Below are positions 9,149 through 18,354 of a DNA stretch of 47,603 nt, in pieces (positions within the stretch are counted from its first letter, which is position 1; each line of letters opens with the position of its first letter). The DNA is from an uncultured Candidatus Saccharibacteria bacterium. GTDB lineage: Bacteria > Patescibacteriota > Dojkabacteria > SC72. The notes beneath the pieces were generated by a model that was not told the DNA's origin, ran no database searches, and saw nothing but the letters and a program-made list of their open reading frames with translations. The stretch lies in contig CAYVNA010000004.1 of NCBI GenBank assembly GCA_964452735.1, forward strand, positions 1 to 47,603. The letters are read 5' to 3'. Position numbers and translations under genes: made by a program.

Positions 9149-9598
9149 ATGAAAATTATAAAAAGAGATGATGGAAGAAGGATATATCCATCAAACTATG
9201 TCCCTGTAAGGTCAATATTTGATGATTTCTTTGCACCATCACTACTAGATGAATTCTTCACAACACAACCAACTCTTTCCTCCGTATCTGCAGATATCTG
9301 GGAGGAAAAAGATAACATATTCGTCAAGATGGCCTTACCTGGGATAAGGAAGGAGGATATTAAGATAACAATAAACGAAGATAATATCTGCATAACAGGA
9401 CAGAGCAAGATGGAAGAGGAGAATAACAAGGATAGAAAGTACTACTTCAGAAGCATGGAGAATTCATTTGAGCAGTCATTTAATCTTCCAACGAAGGTAA
9501 ATCCTGATTCCGTGGATGCAGAATTCAAAGATGGTGTTTTGACAGTAAAACTACCAAAGGCTGATGAGGTGAAACCTCGAGAGATAGAGATAAAATAG
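9149..9598 (+). CDS. Hsp20/alpha-crystallin family small heat-shock protein
   Basis: DIWEEKDNIFVKMALPGIRKEDIKITINEDNICITG...FEQSFNLP...AEFKDGVLTVKLPK is the canonical ACD pattern. Confidence 0.9.
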   Translation: MKIIKRDDGRRIYPSNYVPVRSIFDDFFAPSLLDEFFTTQPTLSSVSADIWEEKDNIFVKMALPGIRKEDIKITINEDNICITGQSKMEEENNKDRKYYFRSMENSFEQSFNLPTKVNPDSVDAEFKDGVLTVKLPKADEVKPREIEIK

Positions 9599-9620
9599 AT
9601 CCCACCCCATAATATACGAA

Positions 9621-9648
9621 GGAGGGCTTGAAAGATAGCCCCCTTTTT
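9621..9648 (+). terminator. Probable intrinsic terminator after hsp20
   Basis: Stem GGGCT (9624-9628) pairs with AGCCC (9637-9641). It is extendable by GG/CC across a bulge and is followed by TTTTT at 9644-9648. Confidence 0.5.
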
Positions 9649-9663
9649 GTATAATGTAATAAC

Positions 9664-10299
9664 TTGGAACCCTGTAATCTTGAACAAGAAAAACTAGGAA
9701 GAACAATAATAGAAAGAGCTATCCGAATAACAGAAGGTAGAATTCAAACTAGCACTGAAGATAAATATATAAGTTACAAAGGGAAAGAGTTACTTGGATT
9801 AAAACATATCAAGAAGTTTTCACATGTACCAATAAATGGAACTGGAGGGATATTAGGAGAAGCACTTTTCGATCTAATATACTCACGCTTCATATCTCTT
9901 GTTCCTTCTAGTGGAGATGAGGATTATAAAGATGGTATAGATTTCTTTCTAGACGGTTTCCCCATAGATGTAACAACAGATCTTAGAGGAAATAATATAA
10001 ATAAGAAGGTTAAACCAGAGAAATATACGACCATACTGCTCCCCAATAGGATAAATTCCCCTATTGCTTTCCCAAAAGAAGAAGATAACAATAATCCAAA
10101 CGAATATATTACACACTTATTAGAAACTGGAGATATAGATATCCCTCAATACATGGTAGATCTTTATGCAATAAATTTCACCATGCTAGAACACCTTGAA
10201 AGACATATATGGGAGCTAGAATCAAATGGGATTAGGAATGCTGGCTTAAACAATGTAACAAACCTACGAACAATCTTAGAGCTACTACCTACTCCCTAG
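9664..10299 (+). CDS. Hypothetical protein
   Basis: 211-aa ORF in a stop-rich AT genome. The only available start is TTG 9664, 8 nt after TATAAT (9650-9655). No family recognised. Confidence 0.5.
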   Translation: MEPCNLEQEKLGRTIIERAIRITEGRIQTSTEDKYISYKGKELLGLKHIKKFSHVPINGTGGILGEALFDLIYSRFISLVPSSGDEDYKDGIDFFLDGFPIDVTTDLRGNNINKKVKPEKYTTILLPNRINSPIAFPKEEDNNNPNEYITHLLETGDIDIPQYMVDLYAINFTMLEHLERHIWELESNGIRNAGLNNVTNLRTILELLPTP

Positions 10300-11992
10300 C
10301 ATCCTTCAGAAGCTCAAGAAGAAGATCTGCCTGCTCCTTTGTAGCTAACCTAGGTATCAGATCCTTATCCATATATATTGGTACTAAACGTGTCTGTATA
10401 TGCTTCCCGTTATAGAAATAATGAGATAAAACCATACCCTGTCTAGTACCAATCCACATACTCTGATCAAAATATAAGTTCCCAAGACCATAATAAATAA
10501 CACCATCACCATACAATTCATATGTTTGAGGTTGATGAGCCTGAGTACCAATAACAATATCAGCACCAAAATCTACAGCCTTCCTAAATACCCCCTTCTG
10601 ATCAGGATTACTCAGAGGCTTGTAACAAATAGGATAGATAACATCCCCATTTGGATAACAATAACACTCCTGGAACTGGAAAGTTACTATAACTATATCT
10701 GCATTCTCCCTTGCTGTTTGAACATCCCTCTTAACTTTCTCCTCTGAATAGGAGTTCGCCCCAGCCCTACTAACACCAGCCAAAGCAAGACTCTCGTAAA
10801 TTGTATCATAATAATTATAACCAACAAACGCCATCTTAGTTCCATTAACCTCCTCATACAAGATCTTGCTAGCATCCTCACTATCCAAGCCACCCCCGAA
10901 ATATCTCATACCCAAATCTTTGTACATACCAATACTCTCAGTATTGTACTGGCTGCCAAAATCGTTATTATGATTACCCGTAAGCTCGACAATATCAACA
11001 CCAGACCTCTTTAATACCTCAATATACTCAGGACGAGAACAAAACCTCATGCCAGAATAGACTGTACAACCAGAAACAAAGGAAACCTCATTTGAAACAT
11101 GGGTTAGATCAGCATTAGCAAGGAAATCGCCTATCTCGTTTGCAGGATAACCATAATCACCAGACTTATCAATCTTAGATGCTAAAGCTCTAGATATTGC
11201 AACAACACCACCCATATTAACTTTTACAACTCTGTTCAAATCCATCCTATTTTCAGTACCAGAGATATTTCCTTCTAGAACAGATAGAACAAAATCATCA
11301 ACATTTTTCTTCAAAGAAGCATATAAATTAACTGAAATAGAACCAGACTCATCATCCAAGAAATATTTACCTGAATATTGCAAAATCTTCACCCTTATAT
11401 CAACATCCTCTATCGATACCAAACCAATATTATTATCACTATCCTCTAACTTCTTAACTAACTCATCGTATGAATCTACTATTTCGATGGAGATACCATA
11501 CTCTTCCTCTAAGTAATCCTTGAATTGAGAATCCAACATATACAAAGAATATGGTTCTAAAGAATCAATACCCTCAACTAAGGAATACGTATGACCAACT
11601 GGAATCAACCTACTACCAACTAAATCCTTAGCATCATCTCCTTTATCCATAGAGAGATGGATATCCCCTTTCTTCTCTACAACCTTGAATCTCTTCTTTC
11701 CATTGAAATCCAGTTTGTCTAAATTCTCAAGAATTTCGCTTTTGTATGAATCCTTAACAGAGCTATCTATGGATAATGTATATGTTTGGTAATTAACGAT
11801 ATTCTTTCTAGAAAAGACAAAAACTATTGCTGATAAAAAGTCATTCTTTTCAATAACCCACAGTGAAATTGGAAGGATTATGAGGAAAACAATAAAGGAT
11901 AACTTAAAAAGAAGACCGTTGCGCCTCCTCTTCTTCCCCCTTCTCTCTTCTCGCATATAGATATTCTGTCTCATTTGGATACATATTAACAA
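10289..11992 (-). CDS. CapA/PgsA-family (poly-gamma-glutamate capsule synthesis-like metallophosphatase) protein with an N-terminal TM anchor and an extra domain of about 250 aa
   Basis: ANADLTHVSNEVSF...FCSRPEYIEVLKRSGVDIVELTGNHNNDFG...ADIVIVTFQ...GADIVIGTQAHQPQ matches the PGA_cap pattern. The true start is probably an internal Met (MRQNIY or MREERRG) ahead of the TM segment. Confidence 0.85.
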   Translation of the reverse strand: MLICIQMRQNIYMREERRGKKRRRNGLLFKLSFIVFLIILPISLWVIEKNDFLSAIVFVFSRKNIVNYQTYTLSIDSSVKDSYKSEILENLDKLDFNGKKRFKVVEKKGDIHLSMDKGDDAKDLVGSRLIPVGHTYSLVEGIDSLEPYSLYMLDSQFKDYLEEEYGISIEIVDSYDELVKKLEDSDNNIGLVSIEDVDIRVKILQYSGKYFLDDESGSISVNLYASLKKNVDDFVLSVLEGNISGTENRMDLNRVVKVNMGGVVAISRALASKIDKSGDYGYPANEIGDFLANADLTHVSNEVSFVSGCTVYSGMRFCSRPEYIEVLKRSGVDIVELTGNHNNDFGSQYNTESIGMYKDLGMRYFGGGLDSEDASKILYEEVNGTKMAFVGYNYYDTIYESLALAGVSRAGANSYSEEKVKRDVQTARENADIVIVTFQFQECYCYPNGDVIYPICYKPLSNPDQKGVFRKAVDFGADIVIGTQAHQPQTYELYGDGVIYYGLGNLYFDQSMWIGTRQGMVLSHYFYNGKHIQTRLVPIYMDKDLIPRLATKEQADLLLELLKDARE

Positions 11993-12073
11993 GATTGAAA
12001 GATTCCTTCAAACTTTTTACTATGGGATAAATATGGTATAATATATGTACATATTAATTTATTACAAAATAAT

Positions 12074-12664
12074 ATGAATAACCTGCTCTTAAAAACTAAA
12101 AAATCTTTTGCTATAGTTTCAGGAATAATGTTCTCTGCTGTTATACTTAACTCTATATCACAAAGAATACCTGTAAACTATGTAGAAGCTAACCAATCTG
12201 GAAATATAGGGGCCCTATCTATCTCTACAAATACTGAGATAGAAGAGAACTTAATTGTAAAAGAGATAAATCTCAATACAAACCCTACATACATGCCAGA
12301 TAGTCAAAAGATAGAGAATATCAGAACATACTTAGCAAAGAGAAATTCTCCTCTTGCAGAATATGCTGAGGAATTTGTTAAGGCTGCAGACGAATACGGA
12401 ATCGACTACAGAATTGTAGCTGCGATATCTGTTATTGAGTCTGGTGGTGGGAAAAACAACTTCAGACCATATAATGGTTGGGGTTGGGGTAAGATGACTT
12501 TTGAAAGTTGGGAAGATGGTATATGGACTGTATCTAAAGGTATTGCAAAATACTATAGTAGAGGTCTAACCACTCCTAAACTCATTAGTACATACTACTG
12601 TCCACCTAATGCTATCAATTGGGCTAACAAGGTTCAGTATGTGATGAATCAGATCGGTGAATAA
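12074..12664 (+). CDS. Secreted lysozyme-like/transglycosylase-like protein
   Basis: N-terminal signal anchor. AEEFVKAADEYGIDYRIVAAISVIESGGGKN has a Glu-Ser catalytic-type segment, like the one in the 6959..9070 protein. Confidence 0.6.
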   Translation: MNNLLLKTKKSFAIVSGIMFSAVILNSISQRIPVNYVEANQSGNIGALSISTNTEIEENLIVKEINLNTNPTYMPDSQKIENIRTYLAKRNSPLAEYAEEFVKAADEYGIDYRIVAAISVIESGGGKNNFRPYNGWGWGKMTFESWEDGIWTVSKGIAKYYSRGLTTPKLISTYYCPPNAINWANKVQYVMNQIGE

Positions 12665-12670
12665 GTTTTT

Positions 12671-12698
12671 GCCCCAGTATAATATACTGGGGCTTTTT
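12671..12698 (+). terminator. Intrinsic terminator
   Basis: Perfect 10-bp stem: GCCCCAGTAT (12671-12680) with ATACTGGGGC (12684-12693). 3-nt loop, then TTTTT at 12694-12698. Confidence 0.8.
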
Positions 12699-12714
12699 CA
12701 TATATACTCATATC

Positions 12715-13410
12715 ATGTTCCCCAAAATAAGAAATTTTAGAAAATATCATATTACCTACTTCTCTGACTTAGAGTTGGATATCCTACTAAATGAAATCTT
12801 TAAGAAGGAAATATACAATATAGAATTGGAGAGTAAGAAGCCAGTAATATATGATATCGGAGCCCATATAGGGTTAGCTACTATCTATTTCAAATCAAGA
12901 TACCCAGAGAGTACTATCCTATGTTTTGAACCGAATCCAAACGTTATTCCTCTTCTAGAAGAGAATATTTTTCAAAACAATCTTAATAATATAGAGATAC
13001 ATAATGTTGCGATAAGCAATAAAGATGGATATAGAGATTTGTATATGGATTCTTCTGGACTAGGAGCATTTTCAACTGCAAGTTTCATAAAAGATGCTTG
13101 GAATGGAAAACAAGCTAGTAAAGCAATAAATGTAAAAACCGAGAGATTAACATCCTATTTAGACAATGATGTCGATTTAGTCAAGATAGATACCGAGGGA
13201 GAAGAGGAAAAGATATTGGAAGATATTAATAAGGCAAACCTATTTTCAAAGATTAAGAATCTCATTATAGAATTCCACCCAGTAGGAGGAAGGTCTTCAA
13301 AAAGAATCACGAGTATGCTAAGAGAAAATGGATATGATGTATTGGAAGGAGAAAAGGACAGTGATGACCTAGTCCTTATAGTAGCCAAGAAGCGAAGATA
13401 TATACCTTAA
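12715..13410 (+). CDS. FkbM-family methyltransferase
   Basis: VIYDIGAHIGLATIYF...CFEPNP...LVKIDTEGEEEKIL is the FkbM (Methyltransf_21) signature. Confidence 0.85.
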   Translation: MFPKIRNFRKYHITYFSDLELDILLNEIFKKEIYNIELESKKPVIYDIGAHIGLATIYFKSRYPESTILCFEPNPNVIPLLEENIFQNNLNNIEIHNVAISNKDGYRDLYMDSSGLGAFSTASFIKDAWNGKQASKAINVKTERLTSYLDNDVDLVKIDTEGEEEKILEDINKANLFSKIKNLIIEFHPVGGRSSKRITSMLRENGYDVLEGEKDSDDLVLIVAKKRRYIP

Positions 13411-14400
13411 TACACTATTTCTCCTACTATTGAATATCTCGTAAAGAGATTTGGCTAGCTTCCCATTATCATGTCTAATCAAACTTCTTTTAAGAGTATC
13501 TCCTTTATCCTTCTTTATTGGTTCGTTGGCTACGAGATCTTTCCTCAAGACAAATCTCCCACATCCATCTCCTAGGTCATCTTCCAAGATATGCTCACCT
13601 TCTTGGAGGTATCTTACATATGCTTCCTCTGGGAAATTACCGTTATTAACTAAGACATAGTCTAGATCTCTCCCAAGATATTTTTCTAGAATCTCAACAA
13701 TGTCCCTATGTGTCTTATATCTAGTTTGCCCTATTTTACTCATTAGGTTAGCAATGTATATGCATTTTGCATTAGATTTTCTAATTGCATTCTTCATACC
13801 ATCAGCAAGAAGATTGGGTATAATTGTTGTATACAGGTCTCCGGGACCTAGGATGATATAATCAGCCTTACTGACAACTTCCAAAGCCCTGTCTGTTGCC
13901 TTCGCTTTGGAATCTAAATAAAACTTTACTATCTCCTTATGTTTCTTTGGCTCGTCAATATGGTGCTCACCAACTACTTTGGATCCATCATCATACTCAG
14001 CAACCAACCTCACATCATCTAAAGTTACAGGTATTACATCTCCATTTACACTAAACAGCGTTTTAAACATCTCAATAGCCTCTATTTCAGACCCTAAGAT
14101 GTCTGTCATTGCTATCATTAATAGGTTACCCAAAGTATGTCCCTTCATACTATTTCCATCGGGGAATCTGTATGTGAAGAGCTTCCTCAAGACTTCGTTA
14201 TTATGTGAATCTGAAAGAGAGAGGATTGACTTCCTAACATCACTAAGAGGGAGAAGCCCAAACTCATCACGTACAGTAGCATTACTACCTCCATCATCCA
14301 TCATTCCAACAATTACTGAGATGCTTAATTCTTTGTATTTCTTTAGGCCTTCTAGAACTACAGAGGACCCTGTTCCTCCCCCTACTACAACAATATTCAT
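13369..14400 (-). CDS. YvcK/CofD-family protein (UPF0052, gluconeogenesis factor/2-phospho-L-lactate transferase-like)
   Basis: NIVVVGGGTGSSVVLEGLKKY...VIVGMMDDGGS...ILGPGDLYTTIIPNLL is the family hallmark. Confidence 0.85.
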   Translation of the reverse strand: MNIVVVGGGTGSSVVLEGLKKYKELSISVIVGMMDDGGSNATVRDEFGLLPLSDVRKSILSLSDSHNNEVLRKLFTYRFPDGNSMKGHTLGNLLMIAMTDILGSEIEAIEMFKTLFSVNGDVIPVTLDDVRLVAEYDDGSKVVGEHHIDEPKKHKEIVKFYLDSKAKATDRALEVVSKADYIILGPGDLYTTIIPNLLADGMKNAIRKSNAKCIYIANLMSKIGQTRYKTHRDIVEILEKYLGRDLDYVLVNNGNFPEEAYVRYLQEGEHILEDDLGDGCGRFVLRKDLVANEPIKKDKGDTLKRSLIRHDNGKLAKSLYEIFNSRRNSVLRYISSLLGYYKD

Positions 14401-14458
14401 ACGGAAATTATACCATTTTCATGATATAATGAACGATTAAGATTACTATCAAATCTAT

Positions 14459-14980
14459 ATGAATTTCAAAGTAGGATCAAAAGTCTTCTACCCTTCCCAC
14501 GGTGCTGGTGTGATAAAAAGAGAGAAGGATATAGAGTTTGATGGACAGAAGAAAAGATATTTTGAATTTGAGCTAATAACAAATCCTCTAAGTATATCAA
14601 CACCTGTTGAGAATATTGATAATTTGGGAATTAGAGATGTTCTTTCAGTACAAAAGATTAAAGATGCTATAAAGGTGTTAAAGAAAAGCCCTAGTGCAAA
14701 TCCAAAAGTAAAAGATTTCAATGTTATGTTAAATATGTTTAAGGAATTAGAGGAGAGTTCTGATTTAGAATCATCAATCAAGATAATACAGTACTGTAAT
14801 TATGTTAAAAAAAGCAGAGAAAAGGAAGGGAGATTAATTCCAGTTAGTATTGAGAAGCAATTGGAAGGAGCTATAAAGAATATTGTTGGGGAACTTGCAG
14901 TATCTAGTGGTATTTCATTGAAAACAGCTACAAAGAATTTCACAAAGATAACGGGAATAGAAGCAGATATAGAAGAATAA
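14459..14980 (+). CDS. CarD/CdnL-family RNA-polymerase-binding transcription regulator
   Basis: FKVGSKVFYPSHGAGVIKREKDIEFDGQKKRYFEF is the CarD_CdnL_TRCF N-terminal domain pattern. Confidence 0.85.
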   Translation: MNFKVGSKVFYPSHGAGVIKREKDIEFDGQKKRYFEFELITNPLSISTPVENIDNLGIRDVLSVQKIKDAIKVLKKSPSANPKVKDFNVMLNMFKELEESSDLESSIKIIQYCNYVKKSREKEGRLIPVSIEKQLEGAIKNIVGELAVSSGISLKTATKNFTKITGIEADIEE

Positions 14981-14982
14981 AA

Positions 14983-15103
14983 GCAGGATGCCGGACCTAC
15001 ACCGGAATATCGTATACATCAGGTTCTGTAAACAGAAGATGATGTTCAAAAATCCGAGGACTTTTGAAGCGAAAGAAGGTTCTAGTAACCTACAACATCC
15101 TGC
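14983..15103. ncRNA. Candidate structured RNA of unknown class (closing helix plus four hairpins); strand unresolved
   Basis: The stretch looks GC-enriched relative to its flanks. Closing helix GCAGGATG (14983-14990) / CATCCTGC (15096-15103). Hairpin CCGG/CCGG at 14991-15005. Hairpin ACATCA-GG-TTCTG-TAAA-CAGAA-GA-TGATGT at 15016-15045. Hairpin TCAAAA/TTTTGA at 15046-15067. Hairpin AGGTT-CTAGT-AACCT at 15077-15091. All pairs are Watson-Crick. Confidence 0.3.
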
Positions 15104-15184
15104 ATAACGTAATCTCTTATTTATAAGGTACATTAAAACGTACAATATTAGATACCTTGTGTCAATAAGTCCTAGTATTTGTCT

Positions 15185-18085
15185 CTAGGATATTAATTTT
15201 AAGATAACCTTTGTTTCGGCTATCACAAATTCTCCCTCAGGATTCTCCATCTTATCAACTATTTTAAGATCCCCAACCTGCATATCTCCCTTACTTTCCT
15301 CGCAATATGACTTTAATACATCTGCAGCCTCCCCATCGGAAAATGACATTTCCAAATTTATAACATCCTCCATCTTCAGTCCCTTTTTCTTCCTCAAGTC
15401 TCTGTACTTTCTAAGGAAATCACTAACTATACCCTCCTTCTTCAAAACTTCATCCATGACAGTATCCAAAGAAACAAACATATCATACTCTCCAACAGAT
15501 ACAATACCATCCCCTTCAACCTTTTCCTTAGAATAGACAGCCTCCTTAACATTGAGTTCTTCTCTAACAATATCCCTCAAGAAATCCTCCTCGACACCTA
15601 TATAGACCTTAGAAAGTGGCTGTCTCAAACTTATTCTAGCCAATTCTCTTGCCTTCAAACCATTAGAACAAACATTTCTAACAATATCCATCTTGCTTAA
15701 TACCTCCTCATCCATATCGATATCATCAAGAAGGGGATAGCTTTCTAGGTGGACAGATTCTTTGGCTCCCTCCAAACCAAGATTCACAGATAGATTCTGG
15801 TATATTTCTTCCGAGACAAAAGGGATGAAAGGTGCCAACATCTTCGAAAGATTGAGTAGAGCAAAATGCAAAGTACCTATCGCATCAGAATCTCCATCCC
15901 TAAACCTATTTCTTGATCTCCTGATATACCATTGTGACAAATCTTTAACAAATTCCTCAATATCTCTAGAAGACTGGGCCATATTGTATTCATCCATGCA
16001 ATCGCCTACTGAAACTGAGAGTCTTTTCACCTTAGATATCATCCACTTATCCATGTAGTTGCTAAGCTTAGAGGTCTTGTACTCACTAGGATCCCACTTA
16101 TGAAGCTTGGCATATGTAACGAGATAGTTATAGGAGTTCCATAATGGAAGATAGAACCTCCTTCTAACGTCCTCCAAGATATTAAATCCAAATCGCATAT
16201 TCGCACCAACAGAAGATGTCACAAAATTCCATCTAATTATATCCGTACCCACCTTATCTGCAGCTTCATCCAGAGGGATATAGTTATGGGAAGTCTTACT
16301 CATTTTTTGATTATTCTCATCTCTAACCTCAGCAAAACCCAATACCTTCTTGTATGGCACTTTGTTTTCTAGTACAACGCCAAAGACAAGCATAGAGTAG
16401 AACCACAACCTAACCTGCTCTATCATCTCCACTACAAAATCAGCAGGATACCACTTCTTCCAATAATCCATATCGTCTGAGTATTTTAGTGTAGAAAATG
16501 GAACAACACCTGCATCCAACCAACAATCACCAACATCGGTTATTCTCTCTACTACCTCTCCACATTTAGGACATTTGATAGTCACGTCATCTATCCATGG
16601 TCTGTGCATACTGGGTAGTGAATCTACTTTCTCGGGATTAGTAGCTAATTCTTTAAGTTCTTCCTTACTTCCAACAATATGTAGATTCCCACATTTGGGA
16701 CATTCATAGAAAGGTAGGGCTAAACCATAGAATCGTTTTCTACTAATCATCCAGTCACCCATATTATCCAACCAATCTTGCATTCTCTTTCCAGCAAATT
16801 CGGGAACCCATTCAGCGTTCTCGGCTTCCCTTTTTAGATCTTTCTTTATATCTGAGATCTTGATAAACCAGTTATCCTCTAGCCTAAACAAACACTTTGT
16901 TTTACATCTCCAACAATGAGGATATGCATGTTCATAGATCTCTGTCTTATACAACCTACCTTCATCTTCAAGGAACTTGATTACATCATCTGCAACATCA
17001 TGTGCATACCTACCTGTTAGATCTCCATAGCCATCTACAAAATGCCCTGAAGAATCCAATGGGGGAAGTGAAGGGACACCCAAAGTTTGACCTAGCTCGA
17101 AGTCTTCTTGACCACAACCAGGAGCTATATGAACCACCCCAGAACCACTAGAAGCATCTACTAAGTCCCATTCAACAATACGATGAGCTATACCTTCCTG
17201 AGCAGGAATATGATACAAAGACTCATACTCTCTACCAAGAAGATTAGCAACATCAACTTCCTTAAACTCTTCAATACCAAGCCTCCCCGCAGCATCTCTT
17301 CCCATATATACCTTTTTCCCCTCAATCTCTGTTTCAACATATCCCAAAGTAGGATTAATTGCTAAAAGTACATTCGCAGATAGTGTCCAAGGAGTAGTGG
17401 TCCAAGCTAAAACATACTCTTCTCCCTCTCCTAGTAATTTGAACAATACATATACAGACTTATCCTCTATATCCATATATGCTTCTGCTTGTTCATGTTG
17501 AGACAATCCTGTCTCACATCTTGGACACCATGTTGTTGAAGATTTACTCTTGTATATGAGGCCTTTCTCCTTACATTTCTTAAGGAAACCCCATATGGCA
17601 AGATTATTCTCCTCGGACATAGTATAGTAGCTATTATCCCAATCCATAAACATACCTAATCTCTTAGATTGCTCTGTTTGTATCCCTGCATACTTGTTAA
17701 CCCTCGCAACACAAGCATTTGTGAAATTATCCATACCATAGTCCAAAATATCCTTTTTGCTATTAAATCCTAACTCCTTCTCCACCTGTACCTCCACCCA
17801 CAGACCCTGACAGTCAAAACCATTCTGAAACCTCTGCTCAAACCCCTGCGAATTCTTATACCTCTGAACTACATCCTTATATGTCCTACCCCAAGCATGG
17901 TGTACTCCCATTGGATTATTTGCCGTTATTGGTCCATCTATGAACGAGAAGTTCTTCTCAGCACCCCTATTTTTCTCTATGTATTTATTCAAAATTCCAT
18001 TCTTCTCCCAATATTCCATAACGCTCTTCTCCATCTGCACAAAATCTTGAACAGGCTTTACATCTTTAAGATTATTTGAACTCAT
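15185..18085 (-). CDS. ileS: Isoleucyl-tRNA synthetase (type-2-like)
   Basis: 966 aa. GPITANNPMGVHHAWGRTYKD is a class-I HIGH-region variant of the GIHH type. KMSKT loop present. Zn-ribbon-like CPRC/CWRC/CPKC pairs. A T-box leader lies upstream. Confidence 0.93.
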   Translation of the reverse strand: MSSNNLKDVKPVQDFVQMEKSVMEYWEKNGILNKYIEKNRGAEKNFSFIDGPITANNPMGVHHAWGRTYKDVVQRYKNSQGFEQRFQNGFDCQGLWVEVQVEKELGFNSKKDILDYGMDNFTNACVARVNKYAGIQTEQSKRLGMFMDWDNSYYTMSEENNLAIWGFLKKCKEKGLIYKSKSSTTWCPRCETGLSQHEQAEAYMDIEDKSVYVLFKLLGEGEEYVLAWTTTPWTLSANVLLAINPTLGYVETEIEGKKVYMGRDAAGRLGIEEFKEVDVANLLGREYESLYHIPAQEGIAHRIVEWDLVDASSGSGVVHIAPGCGQEDFELGQTLGVPSLPPLDSSGHFVDGYGDLTGRYAHDVADDVIKFLEDEGRLYKTEIYEHAYPHCWRCKTKCLFRLEDNWFIKISDIKKDLKREAENAEWVPEFAGKRMQDWLDNMGDWMISRKRFYGLALPFYECPKCGNLHIVGSKEELKELATNPEKVDSLPSMHRPWIDDVTIKCPKCGEVVERITDVGDCWLDAGVVPFSTLKYSDDMDYWKKWYPADFVVEMIEQVRLWFYSMLVFGVVLENKVPYKKVLGFAEVRDENNQKMSKTSHNYIPLDEAADKVGTDIIRWNFVTSSVGANMRFGFNILEDVRRRFYLPLWNSYNYLVTYAKLHKWDPSEYKTSKLSNYMDKWMISKVKRLSVSVGDCMDEYNMAQSSRDIEEFVKDLSQWYIRRSRNRFRDGDSDAIGTLHFALLNLSKMLAPFIPFVSEEIYQNLSVNLGLEGAKESVHLESYPLLDDIDMDEEVLSKMDIVRNVCSNGLKARELARISLRQPLSKVYIGVEEDFLRDIVREELNVKEAVYSKEKVEGDGIVSVGEYDMFVSLDTVMDEVLKKEGIVSDFLRKYRDLRKKKGLKMEDVINLEMSFSDGEAADVLKSYCEESKGDMQVGDLKIVDKMENPEGEFVIAETKVILKLIS

Positions 18086-18105
18086 AGATATATTTATTTA
18101 ATTTA

Positions 18106-18322
18106 AACAAAAAGCCCCCTTATTAGAATTAATAAATCATATACTAATTCTAACAAAGGGGCGAATATATATCCGCGGTACCACCCTAATTTCTTCTCAA
18201 CCACAGTCCCCTATGGTTTTAGTAATATATCGATTACCAATCGTTGGATTCTACTTGTCATATGACTTTCTTTCCACCACTCACCAGTGATAGCTGGATC
18301 AAAGTGTTGAAGAATTATATCA
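18106..18322 (-). promoter_or_regulatory. T-box riboswitch leader of ileS, with promoter, Stem III, T-box sequence and terminator/antiterminator
   Basis: Read on the minus strand. Extended -10 TGATATAAT at 18322-18314. Stem III CCAUAG-GGGA-CUGUGG. Conserved AAUUAGGGUGGUACCGCGG at 18191-18173. A long terminator hairpin (GCCCCUUUGUUAGAAUUA...UAAUUCUAAUAAGGGGGC) precedes UUUUUGUUU at about 18162-18106. The ileS ATG is at 18085. Confidence 0.85.
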
Positions 18323-18354
18323 CAAAACATCATACTCAGGGTATAATGGTAACT

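Noticed and set aside
13369-13410. Convergent 3' overlaps of coding regions (FkbM/yvcK 42 nt; also 9664-ORF/capA 11 nt, eno/kinase 12 nt, trxA/GGDEF 4 nt)
   Set aside because: These are consistent with general genome compaction. No conserved structure or signal is visible in the overlaps.
14983-15103. Identity of the structured element as SRP 4.5S RNA, 5S rRNA, 6S RNA or a hammerhead ribozyme
   Set aside because: An AGGUCCGG octamer on the minus strand resembles SRP helix 8, but there is no GNRA-capped hairpin or AGCA loop context. The length matches 5S, but the conserved loop C/E sequences are missing. The hammerhead-like CUGAUGU lacks the essential A9. No class assignment is justified by eye.
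14915-15145. 76-aa minus-strand ORF across the carD/ileS gap
   Set aside because: It overlaps the carD 3' end, is Cys/Leu-rich nonsense-like, and coincides with the hairpin-rich element. An RNA or spacer explanation fits better.
18244-18354. N-terminal 37 residues of the track ORF for pepF (MDSTCHMTFFPPLTSDSW...)
   Set aside because: This stretch lies antisense to the ileS T-box leader and its promoter. PepF-like sequence begins at MKNKWDLKQLY (ATG 18355), which has a TATAAT 7 nt upstream.
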